Below, piece after piece: positions 36,260-45,932 of a stretch of DNA of 64,000 nt. Source of the DNA: a virus (taxonomy: Duplodnaviria > Caudoviricetes); IMG/VR virus record IMGVR_UViG_3300001525_000272, positions 22,184 through 86,183 of that record; one strand, written 5' to 3'. A program made the position numbers and the translations under genes. Position 1 is the first letter of the stretch, and each line of letters starts with the position of its first letter. The notes under the pieces are model-generated. The model was not told the origin of the DNA. It did not search any database and saw nothing but the letters and a program-made list of their open reading frames with translations.

Positions 36260-37014
36260 TTCTGAGTAACCTCAACATATATCGGATCAAAGAAAATCTT
36301 AAAGTAATGATTGAAATATTTCCATGTATCTATGTTTTTTGGATTTACATAAGATATATCTCTAACTGTCATTGACTTATTATCTTTAAGCATGAATGTA
36401 TAATAAGTCTGTAATCCCTTACCCAATTTATCAACTTGTCTTTCAATTGCGTATAATTTGATATTTTCTTCTGTAGCATTAATAATCTTCTGTTTCAGAT
36501 ATTCCATTTGTTTCATTAACATTTTTGTGTTATAGAAATCAAATTCAAATATCTTTTTATATATTACATCCAATCCATGATAATAATGAGAAACACCCTT
36601 TACATCCATTTCTCCAAAATCATCAAAATATATCATACAATTACGTTTAATATCTATAACTAATAATGATAAGATCTTTCTCATTTTCAATTCAATGAAC
36701 TTATCATTATTTGCCAATTTCTTAGTTGATATAAAACCATCTTTCTGTCTAAATATGACATCAGATTTTTGAATCTCATTGACTCTCAAATAATAATCAA
36801 TAAGATTCTTTACAGATTCATTTAAGAATGAAGATAATTGAGGATTGTCAATTTGTTGTATACCAACAAACTTACTTCTTTCTTCCTTATTATCCAAAGA
36901 TACATTTTTAAAATCATAAAACTGTCTTTTCATAATAGTTGGGAATGCAGCAACTATATCATAGTAATACAGATCCCTCATTATTAAAGGACAAGTTTCA
37001 TTGATTCCATTCAT
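36256..37014 (-). CDS. divergent family-B DNA polymerase-like palm/thumb fragment
   Basis: YYYDIVAAFPTIM resembles motif A (DxxSLYP), FRQKDG resembles motif C, then MDVKGV and a C-terminal YFNHY; only 252 aa, no exonuclease. Confidence 0.45.
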   Translation of the reverse strand: MNGINETCPLIMRDLYYYDIVAAFPTIMKRQFYDFKNVSLDNKEERSKFVGIQQIDNPQLSSFLNESVKNLIDYYLRVNEIQKSDVIFRQKDGFISTKKLANNDKFIELKMRKILSLLVIDIKRNCMIYFDDFGEMDVKGVSHYYHGLDVIYKKIFEFDFYNTKMLMKQMEYLKQKIINATEENIKLYAIERQVDKLGKGLQTYYTFMLKDNKSMTVRDISYVNPKNIDTWKYFNHYFKIFFDPIYVEVTQK

Positions 37015-37027
37015 AAGATTTAATTTT

Positions 37028-37068
37028 AAAAAGTGGTCACCTAAGTTTTAGTTAGGTGACCACTTTTT
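37028..37068 (-). terminator. intrinsic terminator
   Basis: Perfect 17-bp stem aaaaagtggtcacctaa/ttaggtgaccacttttt with A/T tracts on both sides. Confidence 0.8.
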
Positions 37069-37077
37069 TAAATCATA

Positions 37078-37791
37078 TTAAATACCGCACTTGAAACAAG
37101 TATTCTCGATCTTAATGCAGTAATTAATATCAATAATCTCATTATTCATGAAAGCAGTGACAATATCACGAATCTGACCAATATCATCAGCCTTCATGAC
37201 CTTATCATAGATACGGCCACCTGCCACCTTGAACGTAAGTTTTGCCATTTCCACATCAACTCGAGGAATTGCAACACCATTGTTCCTGTATCCAACCTTG
37301 CCTCCACGAGCCTTAAAGTACGTAAGAGATTCGATTGTGATACCTTCAGGATTCTTGATATAGCAGAACGTGTTATTCTTGGAAACATAGATACTGACAG
37401 TAGGACTTTTGATAATAATACCAGAAAGAAGAACCTTGATTTCAGTAATCCCGTCAGCAAGATTTGACGGAATCATATGATTCTTACAATTGAATGAAAA
37501 CGGAACACCATCTTTATCGATACCAACAAGGATTCCCTTGGTATCATTAATATCAGTACCATCATCAGCAAGAGTCAGATTGACTTTCTTCCAATTATCA
37601 ATAAGATTAATATTGTTATTAACAAGATCGAACACCTTTACGCATTGATCAGCCGGAATAAAAAGCTGAGATTTTTTCTCCTCCATATCAGCAACTTCTT
37701 CCATATCAGCGGATTCCATTATTTCAGGAGCCATTCCGCCACCATTATCATTAGCAATATCCATAGCAGCAGCAATCTCTTGTTCAGACAT
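37078..37791 (-). CDS. hypothetical protein with acidic N-terminus, high-expression-like codon usage
   Basis: AAAGGA RBS before ATG 37791 (MSEQE); many C-ending codons; followed by a terminator. Confidence 0.7.
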   Translation of the reverse strand: MSEQEIAAAMDIANDNGGGMAPEIMESADMEEVADMEEKKSQLFIPADQCVKVFDLVNNNINLIDNWKKVNLTLADDGTDINDTKGILVGIDKDGVPFSFNCKNHMIPSNLADGITEIKVLLSGIIIKSPTVSIYVSKNNTFCYIKNPEGITIESLTYFKARGGKVGYRNNGVAIPRVDVEMAKLTFKVAGGRIYDKVMKADDIGQIRDIVTAFMNNEIIDINYCIKIENTCFKCGI

Positions 37792-37905
37792 TTTTAGTTT
37801 TCCTTTTTTGTTTAGTTGAATGAAACCGACTGCTGGGGTTTTTAATTTACCCAACAGTCGGTGTTATTTTGGTTAGTACAATCCAATTATTTCTAATTAC
37901 AAAAG

Positions 37906-38556
37906 TTAACCAATCTTCATACTAATAAGCTGCATGAATTCCATTCTCGTCTGAGGCTGAGTTCTGAACTTTCCTCTCATCTGAGAAGTAACCATGTTAG
38001 CCTTCTGATTCTTTACACCACGTGCAGTCATACACAGATGTTGAGCATCCATTATAACACCACAACCCTGAGGTTCAATGATTGTTTCAATGGCATCAGC
38101 AACTTGACTACAAAGTTTCTCTTGAATCTGAAGTCTGCGTGCATAATACTCAACAATTCTGACCAACTTAGAAACACCAATTACCTTCTTATTAGGAAGA
38201 TAACCGATATGACAAATTCCATGAAACGGAATCATATGGTGTTCACAAGTTGAATAGAACTTGATATCTTTGCACATGACAATCTGGGAATCATCCTGAT
38301 CTCCAATATCTTCAGCAAATGAAGTATCAAGAACAGGAGTAGTCTTATAACCCCCATACAATTCAAGCCATGATTTAACTACACGATAAGGAGTCTCTTT
38401 CAGACCTTCGCGATCAGGATCATCTCCGATAAGTCGAAGACATTCACGAATATGATCCATTGCACCAGGATAGATCTTATTGAGAGCTTCTTTGGTAATA
38501 TTCTTCGGAATTCCGTGAGTAAGAAATTCCTCTGCCAGTTCTTTGTTAATTTCCAT
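37906..38556 (-). CDS. folE: GTP cyclohydrolase I
   Basis: DPDREGLKETPYRV, CEHHMIPFHG, GVSKLVR, RRLQIQE, HLCMTARGV; AAGGA RBS before ATG 38556. Confidence 0.95.
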   Translation of the reverse strand: MEINKELAEEFLTHGIPKNITKEALNKIYPGAMDHIRECLRLIGDDPDREGLKETPYRVVKSWLELYGGYKTTPVLDTSFAEDIGDQDDSQIVMCKDIKFYSTCEHHMIPFHGICHIGYLPNKKVIGVSKLVRIVEYYARRLQIQEKLCSQVADAIETIIEPQGCGVIMDAQHLCMTARGVKNQKANMVTSQMRGKFRTQPQTRMEFMQLISMKIG

Positions 38557-38578
38557 ATTGTTTGTATCCTTGATTGTT

Positions 38579-41500
38579 TTAATCTTCGGTTTCAAAAATA
38601 TCACCATCAAGTTCAAAAGGAGATTCTTCCAAACCTTCAATTGAATCAAGAGGTTCATCATCAATTTCCTCAGAAATAGTATTCTCGCCTTCCTGTATCT
38701 GGAAGTTCAATCCGAGGGATGCAAGATTCGTCTGAAGAAGTCTGAGACTCTGTGGAACCTCATCATCATCGATATCATCAAGCATCTCATCATTTGACAT
38801 ACAGTTGGCAATGTACTTATTTCTAAGTGAAATACTATCCGATTTTACAGTAGTGAATTCGTGAAGGTTGATTTCATCACCATGAGCGATTACTGCCCAA
38901 ACTTCCATTTCACCAAGACGTTGACCACCCTTACGAGTTTTACCCCCAAGCGGTTGAGAAGTCTTTGCTGAATACGGACCAATACCTCTTGCTGCCAATT
39001 TATCCTGAGAAATATGATTCAATTTCATAAAGTAAAGAGATCCAAACACAAGTTCGTTCTGAATCATCTTCTTGGAAACTGGATCATAGACAGGAACTTC
39101 ATACTTGCTATTAGTATACTCCATTGCTTGATCAAGCTCAGCAGGACCAATAGATTGGAACGGCGGCTGAATAACATAGAAGTTATCAATAGCTTTCTTC
39201 AAAGTTTCTGTATCATTAATGGGATCGAATATCTCTTTGAGCTGAACCGAATAATTCTTACCGGGTGTCTTATCAATGATATCAACAAAACCATAGATGA
39301 AAGATTTAATCTCATCATTGGATTTCTTGTTTTCAATCATTTCAAGAGCCATCTTTCTAAGATTCAAAACAGCTTGAGACAAATGACATTCATACACCTG
39401 ACCAATGTTCATACGAGAAACGATACCGAGAGGGTTAATCACAATATCGGCTCGTGTTCCATCTTCAGTAACAGGCATAAGTTCATCAGGAACGAATCTT
39501 GAAATTGTCCCCTTGTTACCATGTCTATTTGCTAACTTATCACCAAGCTGTAAGTTTCTTTCATATTTATAAGTAATTTCAATTCTGACACCATCGACAG
39601 AATCACCCTTGATCTTATAATTATTCTTTTCAGACTTATTGACATCCAATGTATTGAGAACAGATTCAACTTGTTCATCAGAAAGATATTCATGGAGACC
39701 AGCTTCTAACTGTTTCCTGTATTCCTTCTGATTATTGACTGCGTCTTTAATGAACTTGTTGTACTGTTCAAAACACTTATTCCAACTATTGGCATAGATC
39801 TTGATGTCGATGATTTCACCATCTTCATCACTATGAACTTCACTAATCGGTTCAAATACCACATCGGTGAATTTTTCAGTATCAACAGCCTTGACCTTTG
39901 CAATGGTCTGACCAGTCTTTACTCTATCACCAATCTTTGGTATTGCTTGATAATTCTCAATATCATCATTCAGATTGAGAAGAACTTTACTCTCCGGAAC
40001 TTCAACCACGACCTGTCCATAATGAACAGATGCAAACACCTTGTTCTTTCTGACACTTTCAGAAATAACAATAGCGTCTTCGTAGTTGTATCCATACCAG
40101 GGTGTGATACAGGTGCGAAGATTTCTTCCCAATGTAATCTTGCCATTATTGAGATAATTCGATTCAGCAAGGATATCACCCTTCTTAAACGAATCACCAA
40201 CATTCACATAAACATGATAGAAATCAAGCACCGAAATATAAAGTTTTCTATAACCAACATGGAAAGTTTTGAACTCTCCGGTTACATACTTGACAATCAA
40301 AAGATCCTGATCTTTATAAATAACAGTACCATCTTCTTCAGCCCACTTCAAGAACGAAGTATATTGAGTATACATTCCTTCAGTTCCAGATTGAACCAAG
40401 GGAAGATCAAATTTCTCAAGCATCACTGCGTGACGTTGCTGAGAAGAACTCATCTGAAGTCGAACAGTATCATCATGTTCACAGAATGGAACCTGTGCAG
40501 TAGAAACAGAGTTAACAGGATCGTTATCTCCATTAGTAGTAGAAAGTGCACCGAATTCATCGAACGAAGCACTTGGAACTACGTACTGGGTTGTTCCGCA
40601 TCCATCACGATCACCAGTATCAGATGGATCAAGCAAATGAAGCATACTCGGATGAATCTCACGAAGATGCAAAGGAACATTTGCTTTCTGGAAACCACCA
40701 GGACCACTCAATGAAGTTCTAGAAAGAAACGCTAATTCAGAAAGAGGATTCAAACTGGTATCATACTGAATGATACTAGAAACATTTGCGTTTGACAGAA
40801 TCACCTTTGAATTATTAGTAAAACGAAACTTTCTATTCTTCTTAATAGATGTAAGAATATTATAGAAGTCTTTACACAGATAACAATAAACTACCTGTTC
40901 GATGAAACGAAGTCTCTTATTCTGATAATCGTCATCATCATAACTTCCATTCTGAAGAACATAGATAAACTCATCAATGACATTGTCAGTATTCATATAA
41001 CGTCTACTGAAAATATCAATTTTGGTAGTGAGTTTAATATTATCGATGATTTGAGCATCACTCATTTTGGCAAAGTCAGATCTCAATACTGCTTGCTTGT
41101 TGATACCGTCATCCTTAAGAATCTTCATTACATCAGAACGAAGTTCATGCATATCATCATTGAGTTCTTCAAAATCAGAACCCGGAATTGCTTCGAATTC
41201 ATCATTCAGATAGAACTTGGTCTTACAACCTTCAACTCCATAAAGAGCAACAACCAATTTGGCAAACGGAAATTTCTTTCCGAAGATGCTTGCCTCATAG
41301 TTATAAACTCTACGAGCTGTATCCTTATGAGTAATCATAAAGGAAGCAATATTAGTACGAATCTTAATGATATTCTTCGTAACAATAGTTGGCTTATCAT
41401 AAAGCTGATATACACAAGCCTTATAATTACCACCAATCAAGAAGTGATTGTTTTCCAACCAAGGAATATCATAATCAAGTTCAATGGGAAAATCTTCATC

Positions 41501-41740
41501 CTTTTCAGGACTGTGATAAACAATTCCTATTTTGAGAACTTTACTAACAGTCTTTCTTATCTCATTTGGATTCTTGTTTTCCTTCTCACAAATATCAATA
41601 TGGGTTACCCTCATATTGTATTCGGGAATGCATTCAAGCATCCTACCAATTATTTCAATAATCTTCGACTCATTCCATTCATATTGACGGAAATTGAAGA
41701 CATTAACTTCAGGTAATGCGTGACTTGGAACTTGTAACAT
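38579..41740 (-). CDS. multisubunit RNA polymerase beta-like subunit
   Basis: DGCG, RLQMSSSQQRHAV, LGRNL, GYNYEDAIVISE, GDKLANRHGNKGTIS, ADIVINPLGIVSRMNIGQ, GGQRLGEMEVWA. Confidence 0.95.
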   Translation of the reverse strand: MLQVPSHALPEVNVFNFRQYEWNESKIIEIIGRMLECIPEYNMRVTHIDICEKENKNPNEIRKTVSKVLKIGIVYHSPEKDEDFPIELDYDIPWLENNHFLIGGNYKACVYQLYDKPTIVTKNIIKIRTNIASFMITHKDTARRVYNYEASIFGKKFPFAKLVVALYGVEGCKTKFYLNDEFEAIPGSDFEELNDDMHELRSDVMKILKDDGINKQAVLRSDFAKMSDAQIIDNIKLTTKIDIFSRRYMNTDNVIDEFIYVLQNGSYDDDDYQNKRLRFIEQVVYCYLCKDFYNILTSIKKNRKFRFTNNSKVILSNANVSSIIQYDTSLNPLSELAFLSRTSLSGPGGFQKANVPLHLREIHPSMLHLLDPSDTGDRDGCGTTQYVVPSASFDEFGALSTTNGDNDPVNSVSTAQVPFCEHDDTVRLQMSSSQQRHAVMLEKFDLPLVQSGTEGMYTQYTSFLKWAEEDGTVIYKDQDLLIVKYVTGEFKTFHVGYRKLYISVLDFYHVYVNVGDSFKKGDILAESNYLNNGKITLGRNLRTCITPWYGYNYEDAIVISESVRKNKVFASVHYGQVVVEVPESKVLLNLNDDIENYQAIPKIGDRVKTGQTIAKVKAVDTEKFTDVVFEPISEVHSDEDGEIIDIKIYANSWNKCFEQYNKFIKDAVNNQKEYRKQLEAGLHEYLSDEQVESVLNTLDVNKSEKNNYKIKGDSVDGVRIEITYKYERNLQLGDKLANRHGNKGTISRFVPDELMPVTEDGTRADIVINPLGIVSRMNIGQVYECHLSQAVLNLRKMALEMIENKKSNDEIKSFIYGFVDIIDKTPGKNYSVQLKEIFDPINDTETLKKAIDNFYVIQPPFQSIGPAELDQAMEYTNSKYEVPVYDPVSKKMIQNELVFGSLYFMKLNHISQDKLAARGIGPYSAKTSQPLGGKTRKGGQRLGEMEVWAVIAHGDEINLHEFTTVKSDSISLRNKYIANCMSNDEMLDDIDDDEVPQSLRLLQTNLASLGLNFQIQEGENTISEEIDDEPLDSIEGLEESPFELDGDIFETED

Positions 41741-41762
41741 TTTTTGTTTTACTCCTAAAAGA

Positions 41763-44660
41763 TTATGCCTTGTTAGTTAACAACTTCTCAAGAATTCCAT
41801 CACTGGACTGAGAATTACCAAGAATACCACTTACAATATAGTTATATGGTTTAGAGAAAGCAAGAGCAAGAAGGAAGGATTCATACGCAGGAACTTTTTC
41901 GATTGAAACCAATGTAGGTTTAATCTCCTTATGTTCCGGATGAAGTCTCCATCTCATTCCACCAATTCTCATCAACTGAGAAACAATAAGTTCAAAGTGA
42001 ACCATCAACAAAGTCTTGTGATGAGAATAGATAGAGAACAGATCTCTGATCACTTGCTTATAATCAGTGTTATATGCATCACCACCATGAAGAATCTTCT
42101 TCACGTGACCAAGGTCGTTAATAATATCCTGCTGAGAGTTATCTTGTTGACCCTTACTCATTTGAGCAACACCACCAACGTGGAATGTTCTCAAAGTGAG
42201 CTGGGTTGCAACCTCGCCCATTGCTTGAGCAGAAATAACACCCAGATATTTGGAATGACAGAACTTAATTGATTCACCATAACATTTTCTGCAAAGTTTA
42301 TGAGACTTACAGAAAAGCGGAGATCTCAACTTAAGATGCTTTCCATAGAAAGTATGATAATTCTCTTCAGTGATCTGCTTGAGAATACCATCATCATCCA
42401 TATACCAACGATAACGAAGAGACTGCATCAACTTGACAGGATCAAGTTTCTGTTTAGCCATCCTCATTTCATCCTGAGCAAGTTTACGCTCATTCTCGTC
42501 TTCAATATTGGCAGTTCTCTCTTGAATGTCAGCTTCACTAAGATTCTCCGGAACATCAATTTCGAAGTACTCAGTGCTACCACAATCATCAAGAATCTCA
42601 CCATTTTCATTAATGGCAGCTTCAACATTGATTCCGCAATAAACAAGCTTTCTAGTAAGATAACCAGAAACAGCAGTATTTAATGCAACGTCAAGAAGAG
42701 CCTTTCTTGCACCATAACAAGATCTAAAGAATTCTTCTTTAGTAAGACCATTAATAAGATTACTCTTAATCGGCTCGTTCACAACCTGACCTTGAGAGTT
42801 AGAAACATATCCACGACAGAAGATCAACTGATTTGCCTGATCCCATGAACCACGAGATCCGGATTCAATGAAGTCTCTGTAAGGGAATGTCTTCATAATC
42901 TGTTTCTTAATTGGATGTTCCGCAAGAGCAAAGAACTTCTCTGCAAGAGTCTTTGTCGGATCATCAACAACTTCAGAAATGATATCTCTAATATTGGCGA
43001 CAGGTCTCAACTCTTTCAAACTGAAAGTACTTCCGATTTCAGTAGTCTTACTGAAACCAAGATTCTTCACAGCATCAAGAGTCTTCTTAATAGTAGCTGG
43101 ATCATAGTTCTTAGCGATAACGTTAAGAATCTTATGAATCATCTTCTTACCAATAATCTTATTCACAAACGGGAAATCATCAGGAAGAACCTTATTGAAT
43201 TCAATTCTACCTTGAGTTGTATTAATAACTTGATTTCCAATCTTATACTCAACAACTGGAGTTTCGGGTTTAGTAAGGAGATACAGACCCAAAACAACAT
43301 CCTGATTGACACTCAAACAAAGATTACCAGTAGAAGGACTGATAAGATTGTTCATGATATACATGTGTTGTCTATTAGACTCTTCCGATTCTGGATACAG
43401 AGAACGATAGCACGCCATCTGATCCCCATCAAAGTCGGCATTGTACGGTTCACACGCAAACGGATGAATCTTAATAGTATAATCAGTATGAACTTTACCC
43501 CTGAACGAAAGAAGACCCATTCTATGAAGAGTCGGCTGACGATTCAAGATAAAGAGCTTATCATTTGCAATCTCTGAAACGATATCAAAGAGACAAGTGT
43601 CATTCGTTTCGTAGCAACGATCAATGAAATTCAAAGCTGGATCATAACGATTAAACGTATGAACAACACCCTGTGAATCAGTGAAAGTTCTAAGTTCACG
43701 AAGTCTCTTTGCAATCTGAAGTTTATAGAATTCAATAGCCATCAGATAGGGAATACCACACTGATCAAGTTCCAACGTAGGATCAGGACCAATGACAGAT
43801 CTTCCAGAAAAGTCAATTCTCTTTCCGAGAATAGAACCTCTTATCAGACCCTGTTTCTTTGAAAATTTACTAAAGACATAATCATACAGTTCAAAGATGT
43901 ACTTCTGAAGATTCTTAAGATTAATTCTATAGATATCAGAATTCTTATCTTGATCCAGGGGATTCTGCTTGTTGATTTGAGCGAAGTTCAAGATGATGAT
44001 ATAATACTCATTGAGTTTATCACGCATCTGAACATCTCTTGATTTAGAAACAGGTCTAAACTCTGGAGGGACAACACCTATACAAGACATCCAGAAAGAG
44101 TCGATATTATCATGGATTTTCTTCCAACCAAGACTATCGTCTTTGAACTTTTCAGCACGATCTTTAATCAACTGAAACATTCCATCAGGACCGCTATAGA
44201 CAGTGACACCATCAGGAATTTCTGTTGCTTCAGTACCATTGACAAGATCTGTCTTTTCAATCTTTGTATAAGTGTCCTTACTTTCATTATAATAGTATCC
44301 ACTTATATTATCATCATACAGCATAGCAAGCATAATGTTAGACATTGTAGTCTTACCAACTCTGTTGATGAGATAGAACATAATCGGATTCACCACCGGA
44401 AATGGCAGTGTAATCTTCGCCATTAATTTACGTCTGACGTTATTGTTATTGACAGTAACACCACATATGTCACATTTGTGACCGACATTATTTCTGCCCC
44501 AATAAGTTCCGCAACCACAATAATAGCTCTTAGTCGGTCCAAATATTCGTTCGCTAAACAATCCATCCGGGTGAAATCCCTTACGGTAATAAATGAGTGG
44601 AGATGTTACTTCAGGGAGATCCTTACAATAATCATCAAGATGAAGCCAATCAATCTTCAT
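41763..44660 (-). CDS. multisubunit RNA polymerase beta'-like subunit
   Basis: Zn ribbon CGCG..CDIC, GKRIDFSGRSVI, LNRQPTLHR, catalytic NADFDGDQM, bridge helix GARKALLD..TAVSGYLTRKL, trigger loop QLTLRTFH. Confidence 0.96.
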   Translation of the reverse strand: MKIDWLHLDDYCKDLPEVTSPLIYYRKGFHPDGLFSERIFGPTKSYYCGCGTYWGRNNVGHKCDICGVTVNNNNVRRKLMAKITLPFPVVNPIMFYLINRVGKTTMSNIMLAMLYDDNISGYYYNESKDTYTKIEKTDLVNGTEATEIPDGVTVYSGPDGMFQLIKDRAEKFKDDSLGWKKIHDNIDSFWMSCIGVVPPEFRPVSKSRDVQMRDKLNEYYIIILNFAQINKQNPLDQDKNSDIYRINLKNLQKYIFELYDYVFSKFSKKQGLIRGSILGKRIDFSGRSVIGPDPTLELDQCGIPYLMAIEFYKLQIAKRLRELRTFTDSQGVVHTFNRYDPALNFIDRCYETNDTCLFDIVSEIANDKLFILNRQPTLHRMGLLSFRGKVHTDYTIKIHPFACEPYNADFDGDQMACYRSLYPESEESNRQHMYIMNNLISPSTGNLCLSVNQDVVLGLYLLTKPETPVVEYKIGNQVINTTQGRIEFNKVLPDDFPFVNKIIGKKMIHKILNVIAKNYDPATIKKTLDAVKNLGFSKTTEIGSTFSLKELRPVANIRDIISEVVDDPTKTLAEKFFALAEHPIKKQIMKTFPYRDFIESGSRGSWDQANQLIFCRGYVSNSQGQVVNEPIKSNLINGLTKEEFFRSCYGARKALLDVALNTAVSGYLTRKLVYCGINVEAAINENGEILDDCGSTEYFEIDVPENLSEADIQERTANIEDENERKLAQDEMRMAKQKLDPVKLMQSLRYRWYMDDDGILKQITEENYHTFYGKHLKLRSPLFCKSHKLCRKCYGESIKFCHSKYLGVISAQAMGEVATQLTLRTFHVGGVAQMSKGQQDNSQQDIINDLGHVKKILHGGDAYNTDYKQVIRDLFSIYSHHKTLLMVHFELIVSQLMRIGGMRWRLHPEHKEIKPTLVSIEKVPAYESFLLALAFSKPYNYIVSGILGNSQSSDGILEKLLTNKA

Positions 44661-44783
44661 TTTGTGTCCTTTTGCTTTCTTCTAACGTATGTTAGAATGT
44701 TGATGCTTGGTTTTGAAATTATGTTAAAAACACATTAAAATCATTATACAAATAATTTTAATGAACAATTATACTTGTAATAA

Positions 44784-45173
44784 TTACTTTTCAATACTTA
44801 CAAGTATCTTTCCGATGATATAATCTTCATCGTTTGGATCTCTATAAATTTTAGTATTGAGAACCTTATAACCCTGTCTGGTTAAAGAAAGTGAAGCTTG
44901 CTTACATCTCATCATACAGTGAGCATCAGTCAATTTAGAAGGATCCTCATCTGTAAAACAAACATCGGCAACAGCCTTTGAACTATCATCTTCTTTAACA
45001 CCAAATAACTTCTGTGCAATTGGATCAATACTTGCCATTACACAACGATACAAATTAACTCCACTATCACGAAGATTTTTAGATAACTCGTGAACCTTCA
45101 TATGAGCGGCTCTTTTTTTCTCATCAACTTTTTGATCAAACACAATAACCTTGCCTGGTTTAGTATCAGCCAT
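44784..45173 (-). CDS. hypothetical protein
   Basis: 129-aa ORF with AAAGGA RBS. Confidence 0.65.
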   Translation of the reverse strand: MADTKPGKVIVFDQKVDEKKRAAHMKVHELSKNLRDSGVNLYRCVMASIDPIAQKLFGVKEDDSSKAVADVCFTDEDPSKLTDAHCMMRCKQASLSLTRQGYKVLNTKIYRDPNDEDYIIGKILVSIEK

Positions 45174-45194
45174 GATTTTTAATTTCCTTTTTTG

Positions 45195-45686
45195 TTAGAT
45201 AATGTTTTCAAACCGTTGTTCCCAGAAATCTAAAACACTTTGAGAGACAATATCATTATGTAATCTTGATATGTTATCATTTACATAATGACATATTTCC
45301 ATGTTATTGCTAATAAAACGTATACGTCTTATTTTTTCAGAACTAACATACTCTAAACGAAAATCACCGTTAATAATATTCATTAATATATTCAGTATAA
45401 ATTTTTCTGAATCTTTTTCTTTTCTAAACCATTTATCAGATGAAATAATCTGAATTGGATTCATACCGTTTAACATACAGTATATTTTTATAATCGGAAC
45501 ATAAATCTTCGGTAAAGATGTTATAATAATCCATCTTATCCCCAAACGATGTGGATTAAATAACATCTTTAAACCGAAGATTTTACTAATGATTGATCCT
45601 GATTTCGTATGAAACAAAGTACCGAAAAAATCAAATGCGTATACAGTAGACGCACTTTTCAACAATCTTGGAATTTCTTTTTTCAT
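45195..45686 (-). CDS. degenerate HAD-like protein (paralog of 29200-29694)
   Basis: YAFDFFGTLF vs FIFDFDGTLV; RWIIITSLP vs KWTIVTSRP. Confidence 0.5.
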   Translation of the reverse strand: MKKEIPRLLKSASTVYAFDFFGTLFHTKSGSIISKIFGLKMLFNPHRLGIRWIIITSLPKIYVPIIKIYCMLNGMNPIQIISSDKWFRKEKDSEKFILNILMNIINGDFRLEYVSSEKIRRIRFISNNMEICHYVNDNISRLHNDIVSQSVLDFWEQRFENII

Positions 45687-45748
45687 AACTTTATTTTTTC
45701 ATTTGAAATTTGGATGAATCATTAGTAGTATGCTATATACTTTATCTA

Positions 45749-45847
45749 TTAATCTTCAGCAATCTCTACCTTTTCGATAGTACTAGCATATTTAATAACA
45801 GCAGCGATGACTGCGGTAGCAATACATGTGATTAAGTTTCTGGGCAT
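45749..45847 (-). CDS. 32-aa putative membrane peptide (not in the ORF track)
   Basis: MPRNLITCIATAVIAAVIKYASTIEKVEIAED*; one hydrophobic helix; purine-rich upstream sequence. Confidence 0.4.
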   Translation of the reverse strand: MPRNLITCIATAVIAAVIKYASTIEKVEIAED

Positions 45848-45932
45848 TGTTATGTTTCTCTTTCTCTTTACTGTATTTTGTCGGATGACCCTTTAAACAA
45901 TTTCACACGTTAATTAAATCAAACTTTAAATA

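Noticed and set aside
37906-38664. N-terminal extensions in the ORF track (folE 38664, ligase 33665, queD 58981, Ubl 53784, GATase 30559, HAD 29742)
   Set aside because: They overlap upstream genes; internal starts with RBS give family-typical N-termini.
39014-43577. Long plus-strand ORFs (e.g. 39833-40714, 41051-41716, 42915-43577)
   Set aside because: Antisense shadows of the RNAP genes produced by codon bias; no RBS or motifs.
44700-44783. Sigma70-type promoter upstream of beta' (TATAAT on the minus strand)
   Set aside because: TATAAT-like hexamers are common in AT-rich DNA and there is no convincing -35 at the right spacing.
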